NCBI GenBank assembly: GCA_031441465.1
Contig: JANOEP010000010.1
Span: 167,986-231,985, forward strand
DNA from: a bacterium
Lineage (GTDB): Bacteria; Krumholzibacteriota; Krumholzibacteriia; LZORAL124-64-63
Reading direction: 5' to 3'
DNA length: 64,000 bases
Shown here piece after piece: positions 10,268-21,513 of the stretch; within the stretch, counting starts at the first letter, position 1, and each line of letters starts with the position of its first letter. Below the pieces are notes generated by a model. The model made no database searches and was not told the origin of the DNA. It saw nothing but the letters and a program-made list of their open reading frames with translations. A program made the position numbers and the translations under genes.

Positions 10268-11119
10268 TCAATCCTCCCCGGCGCGGCGGGCCGGGTCCGG
10301 GCTCTCGTCCGGCGCGTCATGGAAGCAGTGTTCGGGTGCCGGGAAAACTCCGTCGCGCACCTCGGCGGCGAAACGGCGGACGGCGGCCGCGGCTTCGTCG
10401 CCCAGATCGGCGTAGCGCTTGACGAAGCGCGGACGGCGGCCGCGGTAGAGGCCCAGCAGGTCGTGGAAGACCAGGATCTGGCCGTCGCAACCAGGGCCGG
10501 CGCCGATGCCGATGGTCGGGATCCCCACGTGCGCGGTCACGCGCGCGGCCAGTTCCGCGGGGATGCACTCCAGCACCATGGCGAAGCAGCCGGCCTGCTC
10601 CAGGAACGCGGCTTCGTCCAGCAGACGGGCGGCGGCGTCCTTCCCGCGTCCCTGCACCTTGAAGCCGCCGAAGCGGTGCACGGACTGCGGCGTGAGGCCG
10701 AGGTGGCCCATGACCGGGATTTCCGCCGCCAGCAGGGCCTCGAGCATCGCGCCGCGCTGGCGACCGCCCTCGACCTTGACCGCCGTCGCGCCGCCGTCCT
10801 TCACCAGGCGGATCGCGTGGCGGACCGTGTCGTCGGGCGAGACGTGGAAGCTGCCGTAGGGCATGTCGGCGATCACCGGCACGCCGGGGCGCGCGCGGAC
10901 GACCGCCGCGGTGTGGTGCACCATGTCGTCGATGGTTACCGGCAGGGTGGTCTCGTGGCCCAGCACGACCATGCCCAGCGAGTCGCCCACCAGCACCGCG
11001 TCGACGCCGGCCTCGCGGGCGATCTGCGCCGAGGCGAGGTCGTAGGCCGTCACCATCACGATCCGCTCGCCCGCGCGCTTGCGGGCGGCGAAGACCTCGA
11101 GGTTCGGCTGCGGCTCCAT
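10268..11119 (-). CDS. panB: 3-methyl-2-oxobutanoate hydroxymethyltransferase
   Basis: MVTAYD, LVGDSLG, ADMPYGS, GHLGLTPQS, IGIGAG. Confidence 0.97.
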   Translation of the reverse strand: MEPQPNLEVFAARKRAGERIVMVTAYDLASAQIAREAGVDAVLVGDSLGMVVLGHETTLPVTIDDMVHHTAAVVRARPGVPVIADMPYGSFHVSPDDTVRHAIRLVKDGGATAVKVEGGRQRGAMLEALLAAEIPVMGHLGLTPQSVHRFGGFKVQGRGKDAAARLLDEAAFLEQAGCFAMVLECIPAELAARVTAHVGIPTIGIGAGPGCDGQILVFHDLLGLYRGRRPRFVKRYADLGDEAAAAVRRFAAEVRDGVFPAPEHCFHDAPDESPDPARRAGED

Positions 11120-11145
11120 GGCGTCTCCCGGGGTGGCGAGGCCGG

Positions 11146-11808
11146 TCAGGCGGGCGCGAAGAATCGGGTTCCCTGGAACGTCTCGCGCAGCTGGTCGTAC
11201 AGGCGCTCGAAATCCCGGGGCACGTTCACGTAGTCGAAGTCGTTCGTGTTGACCACCAGCAGCGGCGTCTGCCGGTAGTGGTGGAAATAATAGCTGTAGG
11301 CGCCGTTGAGCGCCTCGATGTAGTCGCGGTTCATGTCGCGCTCGAAGCTGCGCCCGCGCTGCGCGATGCGCTCCATGAGCACGTCGGTCGAGGCCTGCAG
11401 GTAGATCACCAGGTCCGGCTGCAGGATGCGCTGCTCGAGGATCGTGGCCAGCTGGTCGTAGAGTACGAGTTCGTCGTCGCGCAGGTTCAGGTTGGCGAAG
11501 ATGCGGTCCTTCGCGAACAGGTAGTCCGAGACCACCTTCTGGGCGAAGAGGTCCCCCTGCACCAGGCCCTGCTGCTGGCGGTAGCGGCTGAGCAGGAAGA
11601 AGAGCTGGGTCTGGAAGGCCAGGGCCGAACGGTCCTGGTAGAACTTCACCAGGAAGGGGTTCTCCTCCACGACCTCCAGGTTCACCTGGGCGCCGAGGCG
11701 ACCCGCCAGGCGCTTGGTCAGGCTGGTCTTGCCGGCCCCGATCACGCCCTCCACGACGATGTAACGCCAGGGCAGCGTCGCCGCCGCCGCGCCTCCGTGC
11801 TCAGCCAT
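11146..11808 (-). CDS. Deoxynucleoside kinase
   Basis: IVVEGVIGAGKT, QTQLFFLLSR, RGRSFE. Confidence 0.92.
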   Translation of the reverse strand: MAEHGGAAAATLPWRYIVVEGVIGAGKTSLTKRLAGRLGAQVNLEVVEENPFLVKFYQDRSALAFQTQLFFLLSRYRQQQGLVQGDLFAQKVVSDYLFAKDRIFANLNLRDDELVLYDQLATILEQRILQPDLVIYLQASTDVLMERIAQRGRSFERDMNRDYIEALNGAYSYYFHHYRQTPLLVVNTNDFDYVNVPRDFERLYDQLRETFQGTRFFAPA

Positions 11809-12367
11809 CGCTCCCGTCCCAGGCCAGGGTTCCGCCGGGCAGGGGGCCAACCGGGGGCCCGCCCGCGGCGCGGATGATTGCACGAACGGCACCCACTGTC
11901 AGCCCCGAATCCGGCAGGATCCGACCGGGGTCCAGCTCCGCGAGCGGTTCCAGCACGAAGGCCCGCACGTGCAGGCGCGGGTGGGGGATCACCAGGTCCG
12001 GCTCGACCGAGATCAGGTCGCCGTACAGCAGGATGTCCAGATCGAGGCGTCGCGGCTGCAGGTGGGTGTCGGGCGGGCGGCCGCAGTCCCGTTCGATCCG
12101 CTGCAGCGCCGCCAGCAGTTCGCGCGGCGGCAGGGCCGTCGCGAAGCGGGCGCAGGCGTTCAGGTAGGGGGGCTGCGGATCGCCGGGACCGACGTAGGCG
12201 GTCTCCCAGATGCCGCTGCGGTCCAGGGGACGCACGCCGGGCAGTGCGGAGACGGCGTCCCAGCCCCGGCGCAGCCAGGTCAACCGGTCGCCCAGGTTGC
12301 TGCCCAGGCCCAGCGTCACCGTCGTCTCGTCGGGCCGAGGCCCCGACGATCCGGGGCCGGCCTTCAT
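11801..12367 (-). CDS. folK: 2-amino-4-hydroxy-6-hydroxymethyldihydropteridine diphosphokinase
   Basis: LGLGSNLGDR, PRRLDLDIL, PHPRLHVRAFVLEPL. Confidence 0.93.
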   Translation of the reverse strand: MKAGPGSSGPRPDETTVTLGLGSNLGDRLTWLRRGWDAVSALPGVRPLDRSGIWETAYVGPGDPQPPYLNACARFATALPPRELLAALQRIERDCGRPPDTHLQPRRLDLDILLYGDLISVEPDLVIPHPRLHVRAFVLEPLAELDPGRILPDSGLTVGAVRAIIRAAGGPPVGPLPGGTLAWDGSDG

Positions 12368-12786
12368 TGGATGGACTCCCCGTGACCGTGCCGGTGCAGG
12401 GGTTTGCGGGCCTTGCGGGACAGCAGGTCCTCGCGGGTGCGGTCGATGGTCACCGAGACGCTGCCCAGGAAGTTCTTGATGGGCGGGTTCGGCTTGTGGA
12501 CCGTGACGGTCGCCGCGTCCAGGGCGAACTCGGTCAGCAGCATGTCGCAGATGCGGCCGGCCAGGGCCTCCAGCAGCTGGAACGACTCCCCCGCCGTCAG
12601 CTCGATGATGCGCTGGTGGACCAGGGTGTAGTCCAGGGCGTCCTGCATGGAGTCGCTGATCGCGGCGCCCTGCACGTCGGTCCACAATTCCACGTCGATG
12701 ACGAAGCGCTGGCCGAGTTCGCGCTCGGCCGGGTGAGCCCCGTGGTAGGCGTACACGTCGATGCCCGTCAGTCGGATGCAGTCCAT
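12364..12786 (-). CDS. folB: Dihydroneopterin aldolase
   Basis: YAYHGAHPAERELGQRFVIDV, LDY, FQLLEALA. Confidence 0.93.
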   Translation of the reverse strand: MDCIRLTGIDVYAYHGAHPAERELGQRFVIDVELWTDVQGAAISDSMQDALDYTLVHQRIIELTAGESFQLLEALAGRICDMLLTEFALDAATVTVHKPNPPIKNFLGSVSVTIDRTREDLLSRKARKPLHRHGHGESIQ

Positions 12787-13937
12787 CAGAGCCTCCTGAA
12801 TCGTTCCGCGGCCTCGGCCAGCCGCTCGTCCGGAGCCGTCAGGGACAGCCGGAACCAGCCTTCGCCCCCGGCGCCGAAGCCCGTGCCGGGAGTCACCACG
12901 ACCGCCTCGCGCTCCAGCACGCGCCGGCAGAAGCCGCCGCTGTCCTCGCCGGCGGGCACGCGCGCCCACACGTAGAAGGTCGCCTCGGTCGCGAACACCT
13001 CGAACCCGGCGTCGCGCAGCGCGGCGGTCATCCGCCGGCGGCGCGGCGGGTAGACCGCCATGACCCCGCGCAGCAGGTCCTCGCCCGTCGGGCTGAGCGC
13101 CTGCGCGGCCACGTCCTGGACCGCCGAGAACACCCCGCTGTCGATGTTCTGCTTGACCTTGTCCAGGGCGGCGATCACCTCGGGATGACCCGCCGCGAAA
13201 CCGATGCGCCAGCCCGTCATGTTGAACATCTTCGAGAGGCTGTGGAATTCCACGACACGCTCGCGCGAGGGGTCCGTCTCTCCCAGCAGCGACGCCGGAC
13301 GACCGCCTTCGGGCACGACCTCGAGGTAGGCGGCGTCGCTGGCCACCACGACGTCCGCGCCGCGCAGGGCGGCGACGACGTCGGCGTAGAAACCGGGCGC
13401 GGCGGTCGCGCCGGTGGGGTTGTTCGGATAATTCAGGTACAGCAGGCGCGTGCGCTCGCCGGCGGCGGCGGCCAGCGCCGCGGGATCGGGCAGGAAGCCG
13501 CGCTCGGCGGTCAGCGGGAAGGCGCGCGGCACGCCCCCGGCCAGCAGCGTGGCCGAAGCGTACACCGGGTAGCCGATATCCGGCACCAGGACCTCGTCCC
13601 CCTCTTCCAGCAGCGACAGCGGCAGGTGGGCGAGACCTTCCTTGCTGCCGATCAGGGCCAGGACCTGGGTGTCGGGATCGACCACCACGCCGTGGCGCCG
13701 CCGCAGCCACTCCGCCGCGGCCCGCCGCAGCGCCGGCGAGCCGCGATTCGCCGGGTAGCGGTGGTGTTCCGGGCGGCGGATCGCGGCGGCCATCGCGTCG
13801 AGCAGCGGTGCGGGCGTCGGTCGGTCCGGATCGCCGATGCCCAGGTCGATGACGTCGCGTCCGGCCGCCATCGCCGCGCGTTTCGCGCGGTCGATCTCGG
13901 TGAAGAGGTAGGGCGCGAGGCGCTGCAGTCGGGACAT
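12786..13937 (-). CDS. Class I/II PLP aminotransferase, LL-diaminopimelate aminotransferase-like
   Basis: DLGIGDPD, LIGSKEG, NYPNNPTG, SLSKMFNMTGWRIG, NIDSG. Confidence 0.85.
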   Translation of the reverse strand: MSRLQRLAPYLFTEIDRAKRAAMAAGRDVIDLGIGDPDRPTPAPLLDAMAAAIRRPEHHRYPANRGSPALRRAAAEWLRRRHGVVVDPDTQVLALIGSKEGLAHLPLSLLEEGDEVLVPDIGYPVYASATLLAGGVPRAFPLTAERGFLPDPAALAAAAGERTRLLYLNYPNNPTGATAAPGFYADVVAALRGADVVVASDAAYLEVVPEGGRPASLLGETDPSRERVVEFHSLSKMFNMTGWRIGFAAGHPEVIAALDKVKQNIDSGVFSAVQDVAAQALSPTGEDLLRGVMAVYPPRRRRMTAALRDAGFEVFATEATFYVWARVPAGEDSGGFCRRVLEREAVVVTPGTGFGAGGEGWFRLSLTAPDERLAEAAERFRRL

Positions 13938-14117
13938 GGCGCTCCAGTCGGGCGATCGCGGCACGGTCAGGGACGGGGCGGCCGGCTGCCGGCGCTCGCG
14001 AACACCTGGCCCCGGATGGGCGACGTGCGACGGGGGACGTGGTGCGTGGGTCGAGGGTCGTGAATCGCCGGGCGTTGATCGCTGGTTCGCTCCGCCAGGA
14101 TCTCCGGCGAGCGTGGG

Positions 14118-14146
14118 AACATAGGACAACCGCCGGAACGTGTCAA
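14118..14146 (-). promoter_or_regulatory. sigma70-type promoter for the aminotransferase-fol-pan operon
   Basis: Minus strand TTGACA-N17-TATGTT. Confidence 0.7.
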
Positions 14147-14760
14147 CGTGCCCCGGCGCACGGCGAATCGTCGTCGGGGCCGGGTGGGACGTCGAAGTCC
14201 CGCGCCACGCCCGCATCCGTCACCGGCAGGCGGATCACCGCGATCCCCGCCGCGTCGATGAGGTCGCGCATGGGACCGTCGCAGGCCGCGGGATCGCCGT
14301 CCAGCCACGCCGCGAGGGGCGCCACGACCGGGTGGCCGCGCCGTTCCCCGACGACGGGCACGATCACCGCGTCGGGCCGCCGCGCCGAGGCTGCGGCCAG
14401 CAATTCGCACGTCGCCGCGGCGACCAGGGGCACATCGACGGGGTGCAACCAGAGGTGCGTGGCGCGGCCGGCGAGCCGGGCGGCCGCCACCAGGACCGAG
14501 GCTGCGGTGTCGCCGCCGGGCGGGTGGAGCGCCCAGACCGGGCGCAGGCGCCGGGGCAGCAGCGGGGCGTAGAGCGCGGCCAGCGCCGGCGTGGTCACGA
14601 TGCAGAGCGCCCTGCCCGCCGCGTCGTGCAGCTCGGCCACCCGGCGCAGCAGGGGGCGCGGGTCGTCCCGCAGCACGACACATCCCTTCGGGGCGCCCAT
14701 GCGCCGCGAGTCGCCGCGGGCCAGGATCACGGCCCAGTCGCGCCGTTCGCTCCCGCTCAT
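14143..14760 (-). CDS. MobA/MocA-like nucleotidyltransferase
   Basis: AVILARGDSRRMGAPKG, PVDVP, RGHPV, DFDVP. Confidence 0.8.
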   Translation of the reverse strand: MSGSERRDWAVILARGDSRRMGAPKGCVVLRDDPRPLLRRVAELHDAAGRALCIVTTPALAALYAPLLPRRLRPVWALHPPGGDTAASVLVAAARLAGRATHLWLHPVDVPLVAAATCELLAAASARRPDAVIVPVVGERRGHPVVAPLAAWLDGDPAACDGPMRDLIDAAGIAVIRLPVTDAGVARDFDVPPGPDDDSPCAGAR

Positions 14761-15350
14761 GCGCCCGTCTTCCCCGGTTGGTGGTCCGGGCTCCCCGCCG
14801 TCAACGGTCCAGCGGTGCGGTAGGCCGCGCGCAGGCGCGGCTCGGGACCGCGCACCTCGCCCAGGACGAACAGCGGCACGCCGCGCGCCTCCATCAGCCG
14901 GTCGAGTGCGGCGAACAGGCCGAGGCTGTCGAGGCAGTCGTCGAGGCGCAGCAGGGCAGGTGCCGCGGGCGTGCCCGCGGCCGGGCGCGCGAGCAGCCCG
15001 TCCGGCCCGCAGAGCTCGTCCAACATTGCGTCCCAGCCGCGTGCCGCCGCGTCGGACAGGGACACGACCGGCACGGCCAGCGACGTCCGCGCGGGGAAGA
15101 CCGCGCCGGCCGTCACGTCCACCGCGAGCACGACGTGATCAGGATGCTGCGCGGCCAGGGCGTCGACCTCGTCGGGGGCGAGCCCGTCGGGTCCCAGCGT
15201 GCAGGACAGAATGGCGGCGCCGTCGGCGGTGAGGGCTGCGGCGGCGGCGTCGCGCAGGCGCGGCGCGTCTTCGTGCCCGTACCACACCACGACGTGGCCA
15301 CCGTCGCGGGGCAGGAAGGCGTGCCAGGGCACCAGGAATGCGAAGTTCAT
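14757..15350 (-). CDS. Hypothetical protein (possibly degenerate YqeC-like)
   Basis: Overlaps both neighbours by 4 nt, indicating translational coupling; family assignment is speculative. Confidence 0.55.
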   Translation of the reverse strand: MNFAFLVPWHAFLPRDGGHVVVWYGHEDAPRLRDAAAAALTADGAAILSCTLGPDGLAPDEVDALAAQHPDHVVLAVDVTAGAVFPARTSLAVPVVSLSDAAARGWDAMLDELCGPDGLLARPAAGTPAAPALLRLDDCLDSLGLFAALDRLMEARGVPLFVLGEVRGPEPRLRAAYRTAGPLTAGSPDHQPGKTGA

Positions 15351-16495
15351 GCCGGTCGCTCCCCGGCGCGGCCGCCCCGCGGCGAGGCCGTCAATCCCGA
15401 GTACCAATCCGCCAGCGCGGCAACCATCCGGTCGCGGTGGAAACAGGCGTCGACCCGGCGGCGTCCGGCCTCACCCATGCGCGCGGCCGACGCGGGATCG
15501 GCCAGCAACCCCGACAGCGCGGCGGCGAGCGCCGCCACGTCGCCCGGCGGTACCAGCAGACCCGTCTCGCCGTGCACGGTGACCTCGGCGACGCCGGTGG
15601 GCAACTGCGTGGCGACCACGGGCAGGCCGGCGGCCATCGCCTCCAGTTGGACCAGGCCGAAGGTCTCGGCCCGCAGCAGGCTCGGTAGCACGAGCGCCGC
15701 GGCGCCGGACATCACCGAGCGCAGCGCCGCGTCGTCCAACTCGCCGTGAAGCCGGACCCGGCCCGCGAGATCGGGTTGCGCCGCCCGGCGCGCCAGCCGG
15801 GCTCGCAGGGGGCCGTCACCCACGACTTCCAGTTCCGCGCCGGGGATCCGCGCGACGGCCTCGAGCAGGACTTCCAGACCCTTGTAGTAGACCAGCCGGC
15901 CTACGAAGAGCAGGGGGCCGCGCCCCGGGCGGGTCGTCAGACGCCACGGTCCGGGATCGATGCCGAAGGGGATGACGGCCGTGCGCCCCGCGTGCGGGGC
16001 CAGCAGCGGCGACTGATCCCGCAGGCTCGCCGTCGACACCGCGACGCCGTCGCAGCGCGCCAGCAGGCGGCGCACGAGCGGCTGCAGCAGCACCTTGCCC
16101 AGCCGCTGGCGCGTGATGTCGGCGTGGTACCAGACGGTCAGCCGGCCGTCCGCACCCAACTCGCGCGTGAGGGCCAGCATCGCCGCCGCGGCCAGCGGGT
16201 TGGGCCAGTGGAGGGTGATGACGTCGGGGCGTCGCCGCAACAGACGCCGCAGCTCGATCGCCAGGGTGGGCATGAGGGGTTGCGAGGCGAGCGTCGCGGC
16301 AACGCCGCAACGCACCAGTTCGCCGCCGCCAGCAGGCGACGACCAAGTTGTGCGGCGCGTCGCGCGCTCCGCGCCCGCGACCAGCACATCGACCTCGTCG
16401 CCCCGGGCGAGCAGGCCGGCGGTGATCGCGGCCAGGACCGTCTCCATCCCGCCCTTGGCGGGCGGGTAGTACTTGCCGATCTGGAGGATGCGCAT
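15347..16495 (-). CDS. GT4 family glycosyltransferase
   Basis: GKYYPPAKGGME, FVGRLVYYKG, ETFGLVQLEAMAAG. Confidence 0.92.
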   Translation of the reverse strand: MRILQIGKYYPPAKGGMETVLAAITAGLLARGDEVDVLVAGAERATRRTTWSSPAGGGELVRCGVAATLASQPLMPTLAIELRRLLRRRPDVITLHWPNPLAAAAMLALTRELGADGRLTVWYHADITRQRLGKVLLQPLVRRLLARCDGVAVSTASLRDQSPLLAPHAGRTAVIPFGIDPGPWRLTTRPGRGPLLFVGRLVYYKGLEVLLEAVARIPGAELEVVGDGPLRARLARRAAQPDLAGRVRLHGELDDAALRSVMSGAAALVLPSLLRAETFGLVQLEAMAAGLPVVATQLPTGVAEVTVHGETGLLVPPGDVAALAAALSGLLADPASAARMGEAGRRRVDACFHRDRMVAALADWYSGLTASPRGGRAGERPA

Positions 16496-16627
16496 GGTCC
16501 ACCCACAGTAGCCGATGGCAGCGGGCCGTCCAGCGGCAAGTGCCGCGCCGGCGCGCAGCCGCCGCCTGGAAAGCGGAAGGCGGCCCCCCGGAGGAAGCCG
16601 CCCTCGCATCGTGCGGAACGAAGGGGA

Positions 16628-18587
<1,960 letters not shown>

Positions 18588-18628
18588 CTTCTCCGCCTCC
18601 TTCTGCCTGTGGGGAACAAGGCCGACCG

Positions 18629-18655
18629 TTAGCACTCTCGGCCTAGGATTGCCAA
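18629..18655. promoter_or_regulatory. CIRCE operator (HrcA binding site)
   Basis: TTAGCACTC-N9-GATTGCCAA versus consensus TTAGCACTC-N9-GAGTGCTAA, located between the promoter and groES. Confidence 0.88.
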
Positions 18656-18661
18656 GTCGGG

Positions 18662-18689
18662 AATATAGCACGACAACCGACCCCTGCAA
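18662..18689 (-). promoter_or_regulatory. sigma70-type promoter of groESL
   Basis: Minus strand TTGCAG-N16-TATATT with an extended -10 TG. Confidence 0.6.
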
Positions 18690-18920
18690 GGCGGATATCC
18701 TGCATCTGCCAATTCCTGCGCCAAGTAAATGCCATTATGTCATGCCTCTGCCGGAACCGCCCATCCGTTTGGCCGAACACCGTGGTCCGGGTACCGGATA
18801 AAGGCGGGAGCGCACGGGTTTGGGAGGGCCTTGATCACGCCGGGCTGAAACCGCGCTTGCACTCGGCGCACGGTTCGTTACCCTGATCGCGTCCGCACAC
18901 CGAAGCTGACGGGAGATCGC

Positions 18921-21479
18921 ATGCTCGACCGGATCCGACTGCGCGACCTGTTGCCGCCCGCCGCCCTGGGCGACCCTTTCGGCCTCGCCGCCTCGGGCGA
19001 CGAGTTGCTGCAAGCCGACCCCGCCCGCGCCCTCGGCGCGGCGCACGACGTCGCCGCCCGGCTCAACGAGTCCCGGCGCGACGCCGGCGGGCCGTGGGTC
19101 CACGCCGGCCAGATCCAGGCCCTGGTGCTGCTCACGGCCGCCGCGGCGGTCCTGCTGCGCCGCTTCGCCGCGACCCGGGATCCCGACCTGTGGCGGGCCG
19201 CCAGGCGCTGGCTCGAGGACGATCTGGGCCGGGAAACCGTGGCCGCGCTGCAGCAGGCGCTGGCCTTCCGCCAGACGACCGCCGGTGTGGACGGCGCCAC
19301 CGTGCGCGCCGACGCCGACGCCGATGCCAACACCGACGCCGCCTGGCTGCTGCCGCTGCTGCTGCTGGGCCTCGCCGGCGAGAACCGCGCCCTGGACCCG
19401 GTCCGCGCCCTGATCGACGACACCCCGCTGCGCACCCGCCGGGGCTACGCGCAGGCCTGGCCGAGCCTGTTGGCCTACCTCGGCCGCCTGCCGGCCTTCG
19501 ATGCGCACGTCGGCAGCCTGGCCGAGTTGCTCGTGCTGCCGCAACGCCTCGCGCCGGACGACCTGCTGGCCCAACTGCTGCGCGCCCACGAGGCCTGGTC
19601 GCCGTGGCTGGGCGAGGAGGGGCCGCCGCTGCTGCTCGCCGCGGGCGTGCTGCACGAGGAGCGCCGCGCCCGCTTCGAGGGTGCCGGCTCCGCGCCCGAG
19701 ATCAGCTTCGCCGAGACGGTGGCCCCGGCCGACGGCGCCGCGCCCTCCCCCCGGCTCGAGGAGCACGAGGCCGTCCGCTACAGCCACGACCGCGCATGGA
19801 TGCCGAGCCTGGTCCTGCTCGCCAAGAACACGCACGTGTGGCTCCACCAGCTGGCGAACCGCTACGGCCGGCCCGTCGTGCGCCTCGACCAGGTGCCCGA
19901 CGAGGAACTGGACGAGATCGCCGCGCGCGGCGTCACCGGCCTCTGGTTGATCGGCATCTGGCAGCGCAGCCGGGCTTCGCGGACGATCAAGCAGCGTCGC
20001 GGCAATCCCGAAGCGCTCGCGAGCGCCTACGCGCTGGACGACTACCGCGTGGCCGACGACCTCGGCGGCGAGGAGGCGCTGGCCGACCTCCGGCAACGCG
20101 CCGGCGTCCGCGGCGTGCGGCTCGCCGGCGACATGGTGCCCAACCACACCGGCCTCGACGGGCGCTGGGTGATCGAGAGGCCCGACCTGTTCCTGGGCCT
20201 CGACCACTCGCCGTTCCCCGCCTACTCCTTCACCGGCGAGGACCTCTCGCCCGACCCGCGCGCGGCCATCCACCTGGAGGACCACTACGCCGACCACAGC
20301 GACGCCGCGATCGTCTTCCGCCGGACCGACCGCGCGACCGGCCGCGCCCGCTACATCTACCACGGCAACGACGGCACCAGCATGCCGTGGAACGACACCG
20401 CGCAGATCGACTACCTGAACCCCGCGGCCCGCGAGGCCGTGATCCAGGAAGTGCTGGCCGTGGCACGGCGCTTCCCCGTGATCCGCTTCGACGCCGCCAT
20501 GGTCCTGGCCCGCCGCCACGTGCGCCGGCTCTGGTACCCCTCGCCGGGCGAGGGCAGCGACATCCCCGGCCGCGCGGCGCACGCCCTGCCGCAGGCGGCG
20601 TTCGACGCGGCCATGCCGCGGGAATTCTGGCGCGAGGTCGTGGACCGCGTGGCGCAGGAGGCGCCCGACACGCTGCTGCTGGCCGAGGCCTTCTGGCTGA
20701 TGGAGGGCTACTTCGTGCGCACGCTGGGCATGCACCGCGTCTACAACAGCGCCTTCATGCACATGCTGCGCGATCGCGACAACGCCAAGTACCGCCGTTC
20801 GCTCAAGAACGTCCTGGCCTACGACCCGGCCATCCTGCAGCGCTTCGTCAATTTCATGAGCAACCCCGACGAGGCCACCGCCGAGAGCCAGTTCGGCAAG
20901 GGCGAGCACTACTTCGGCGTGTGCGCGCTCATGGCGACGCTGCCGGGGCTGCCCTTGATCGCCCACGGGCAGTTCGAGGGCTTCACCGAGAAGTACGGCA
21001 TGGAGTACGCGCGGGCCTACCGCGACGAGACGCCCGACGAGGGCTTCCTGGAGCATCAGGCGACGATGATCTTCCCGCTGCTACGCGAGCGCGCGCTGTT
21101 CGCGGGCGCCGAGCTGTTCCGTCTCTTCGACCTGATCGACGACGACGGTGACGCCCAGGAGGACGTCTTCGCCCACGTGAACGGATTCGGCGCGCGCCGC
21201 TGCCTCGTGCTGTTCAACAACGGGCCGGCGACGCTCACCGGCACCCTGGTGCGTTCGGCGCCCTGCCGCAACGCCCACGGCGACCTGCGGACCGGCACCC
21301 TGGCCGAAGCGCTGGCGCTGCCCGCCGCCGGATCGGGCGTGCTGCGCCTGAGCGACCCGCGCACCGGCTTCACGCAGGAAATCCCGCTCGACGCCGTGCG
21401 CGAACGGGGCCTGCGGGTCACCCTCGCCCCCTTCGAGTGCCGGGTCCTGCTCGACCCGGTTGTCGCGGGGGCGGGCTGA
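18921..21479 (+). CDS. Alpha-amylase family (GH13) glycoside hydrolase with long N-terminal extension
   Basis: DMVPNHTG, RFDAAM (nucleophile), LAEAFW (acid/base), FMSNPDE. Confidence 0.88.
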   Translation: MLDRIRLRDLLPPAALGDPFGLAASGDELLQADPARALGAAHDVAARLNESRRDAGGPWVHAGQIQALVLLTAAAAVLLRRFAATRDPDLWRAARRWLEDDLGRETVAALQQALAFRQTTAGVDGATVRADADADANTDAAWLLPLLLLGLAGENRALDPVRALIDDTPLRTRRGYAQAWPSLLAYLGRLPAFDAHVGSLAELLVLPQRLAPDDLLAQLLRAHEAWSPWLGEEGPPLLLAAGVLHEERRARFEGAGSAPEISFAETVAPADGAAPSPRLEEHEAVRYSHDRAWMPSLVLLAKNTHVWLHQLANRYGRPVVRLDQVPDEELDEIAARGVTGLWLIGIWQRSRASRTIKQRRGNPEALASAYALDDYRVADDLGGEEALADLRQRAGVRGVRLAGDMVPNHTGLDGRWVIERPDLFLGLDHSPFPAYSFTGEDLSPDPRAAIHLEDHYADHSDAAIVFRRTDRATGRARYIYHGNDGTSMPWNDTAQIDYLNPAAREAVIQEVLAVARRFPVIRFDAAMVLARRHVRRLWYPSPGEGSDIPGRAAHALPQAAFDAAMPREFWREVVDRVAQEAPDTLLLAEAFWLMEGYFVRTLGMHRVYNSAFMHMLRDRDNAKYRRSLKNVLAYDPAILQRFVNFMSNPDEATAESQFGKGEHYFGVCALMATLPGLPLIAHGQFEGFTEKYGMEYARAYRDETPDEGFLEHQATMIFPLLRERALFAGAELFRLFDLIDDDGDAQEDVFAHVNGFGARRCLVLFNNGPATLTGTLVRSAPCRNAHGDLRTGTLAEALALPAAGSGVLRLSDPRTGFTQEIPLDAVRERGLRVTLAPFECRVLLDPVVAGAG

Positions 21480-21513
21480 TCGTCAGCGGGTGCACGATCG
21501 TCAGCGGGTGCAC
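21478..21513. repeat. Exact 18-bp tandem duplication
   Basis: GATCGTCAGCGGGTGCAC x2 at the junction of two convergent genes. Confidence 0.9.

Noticed and set aside
13975..14010. GGUGUUCGCGAGCG resembling the 5' end of 6S RNA
   Set aside because: The matching 3' elements and central bubble were not seen, and there is too little room before the downstream ATG.
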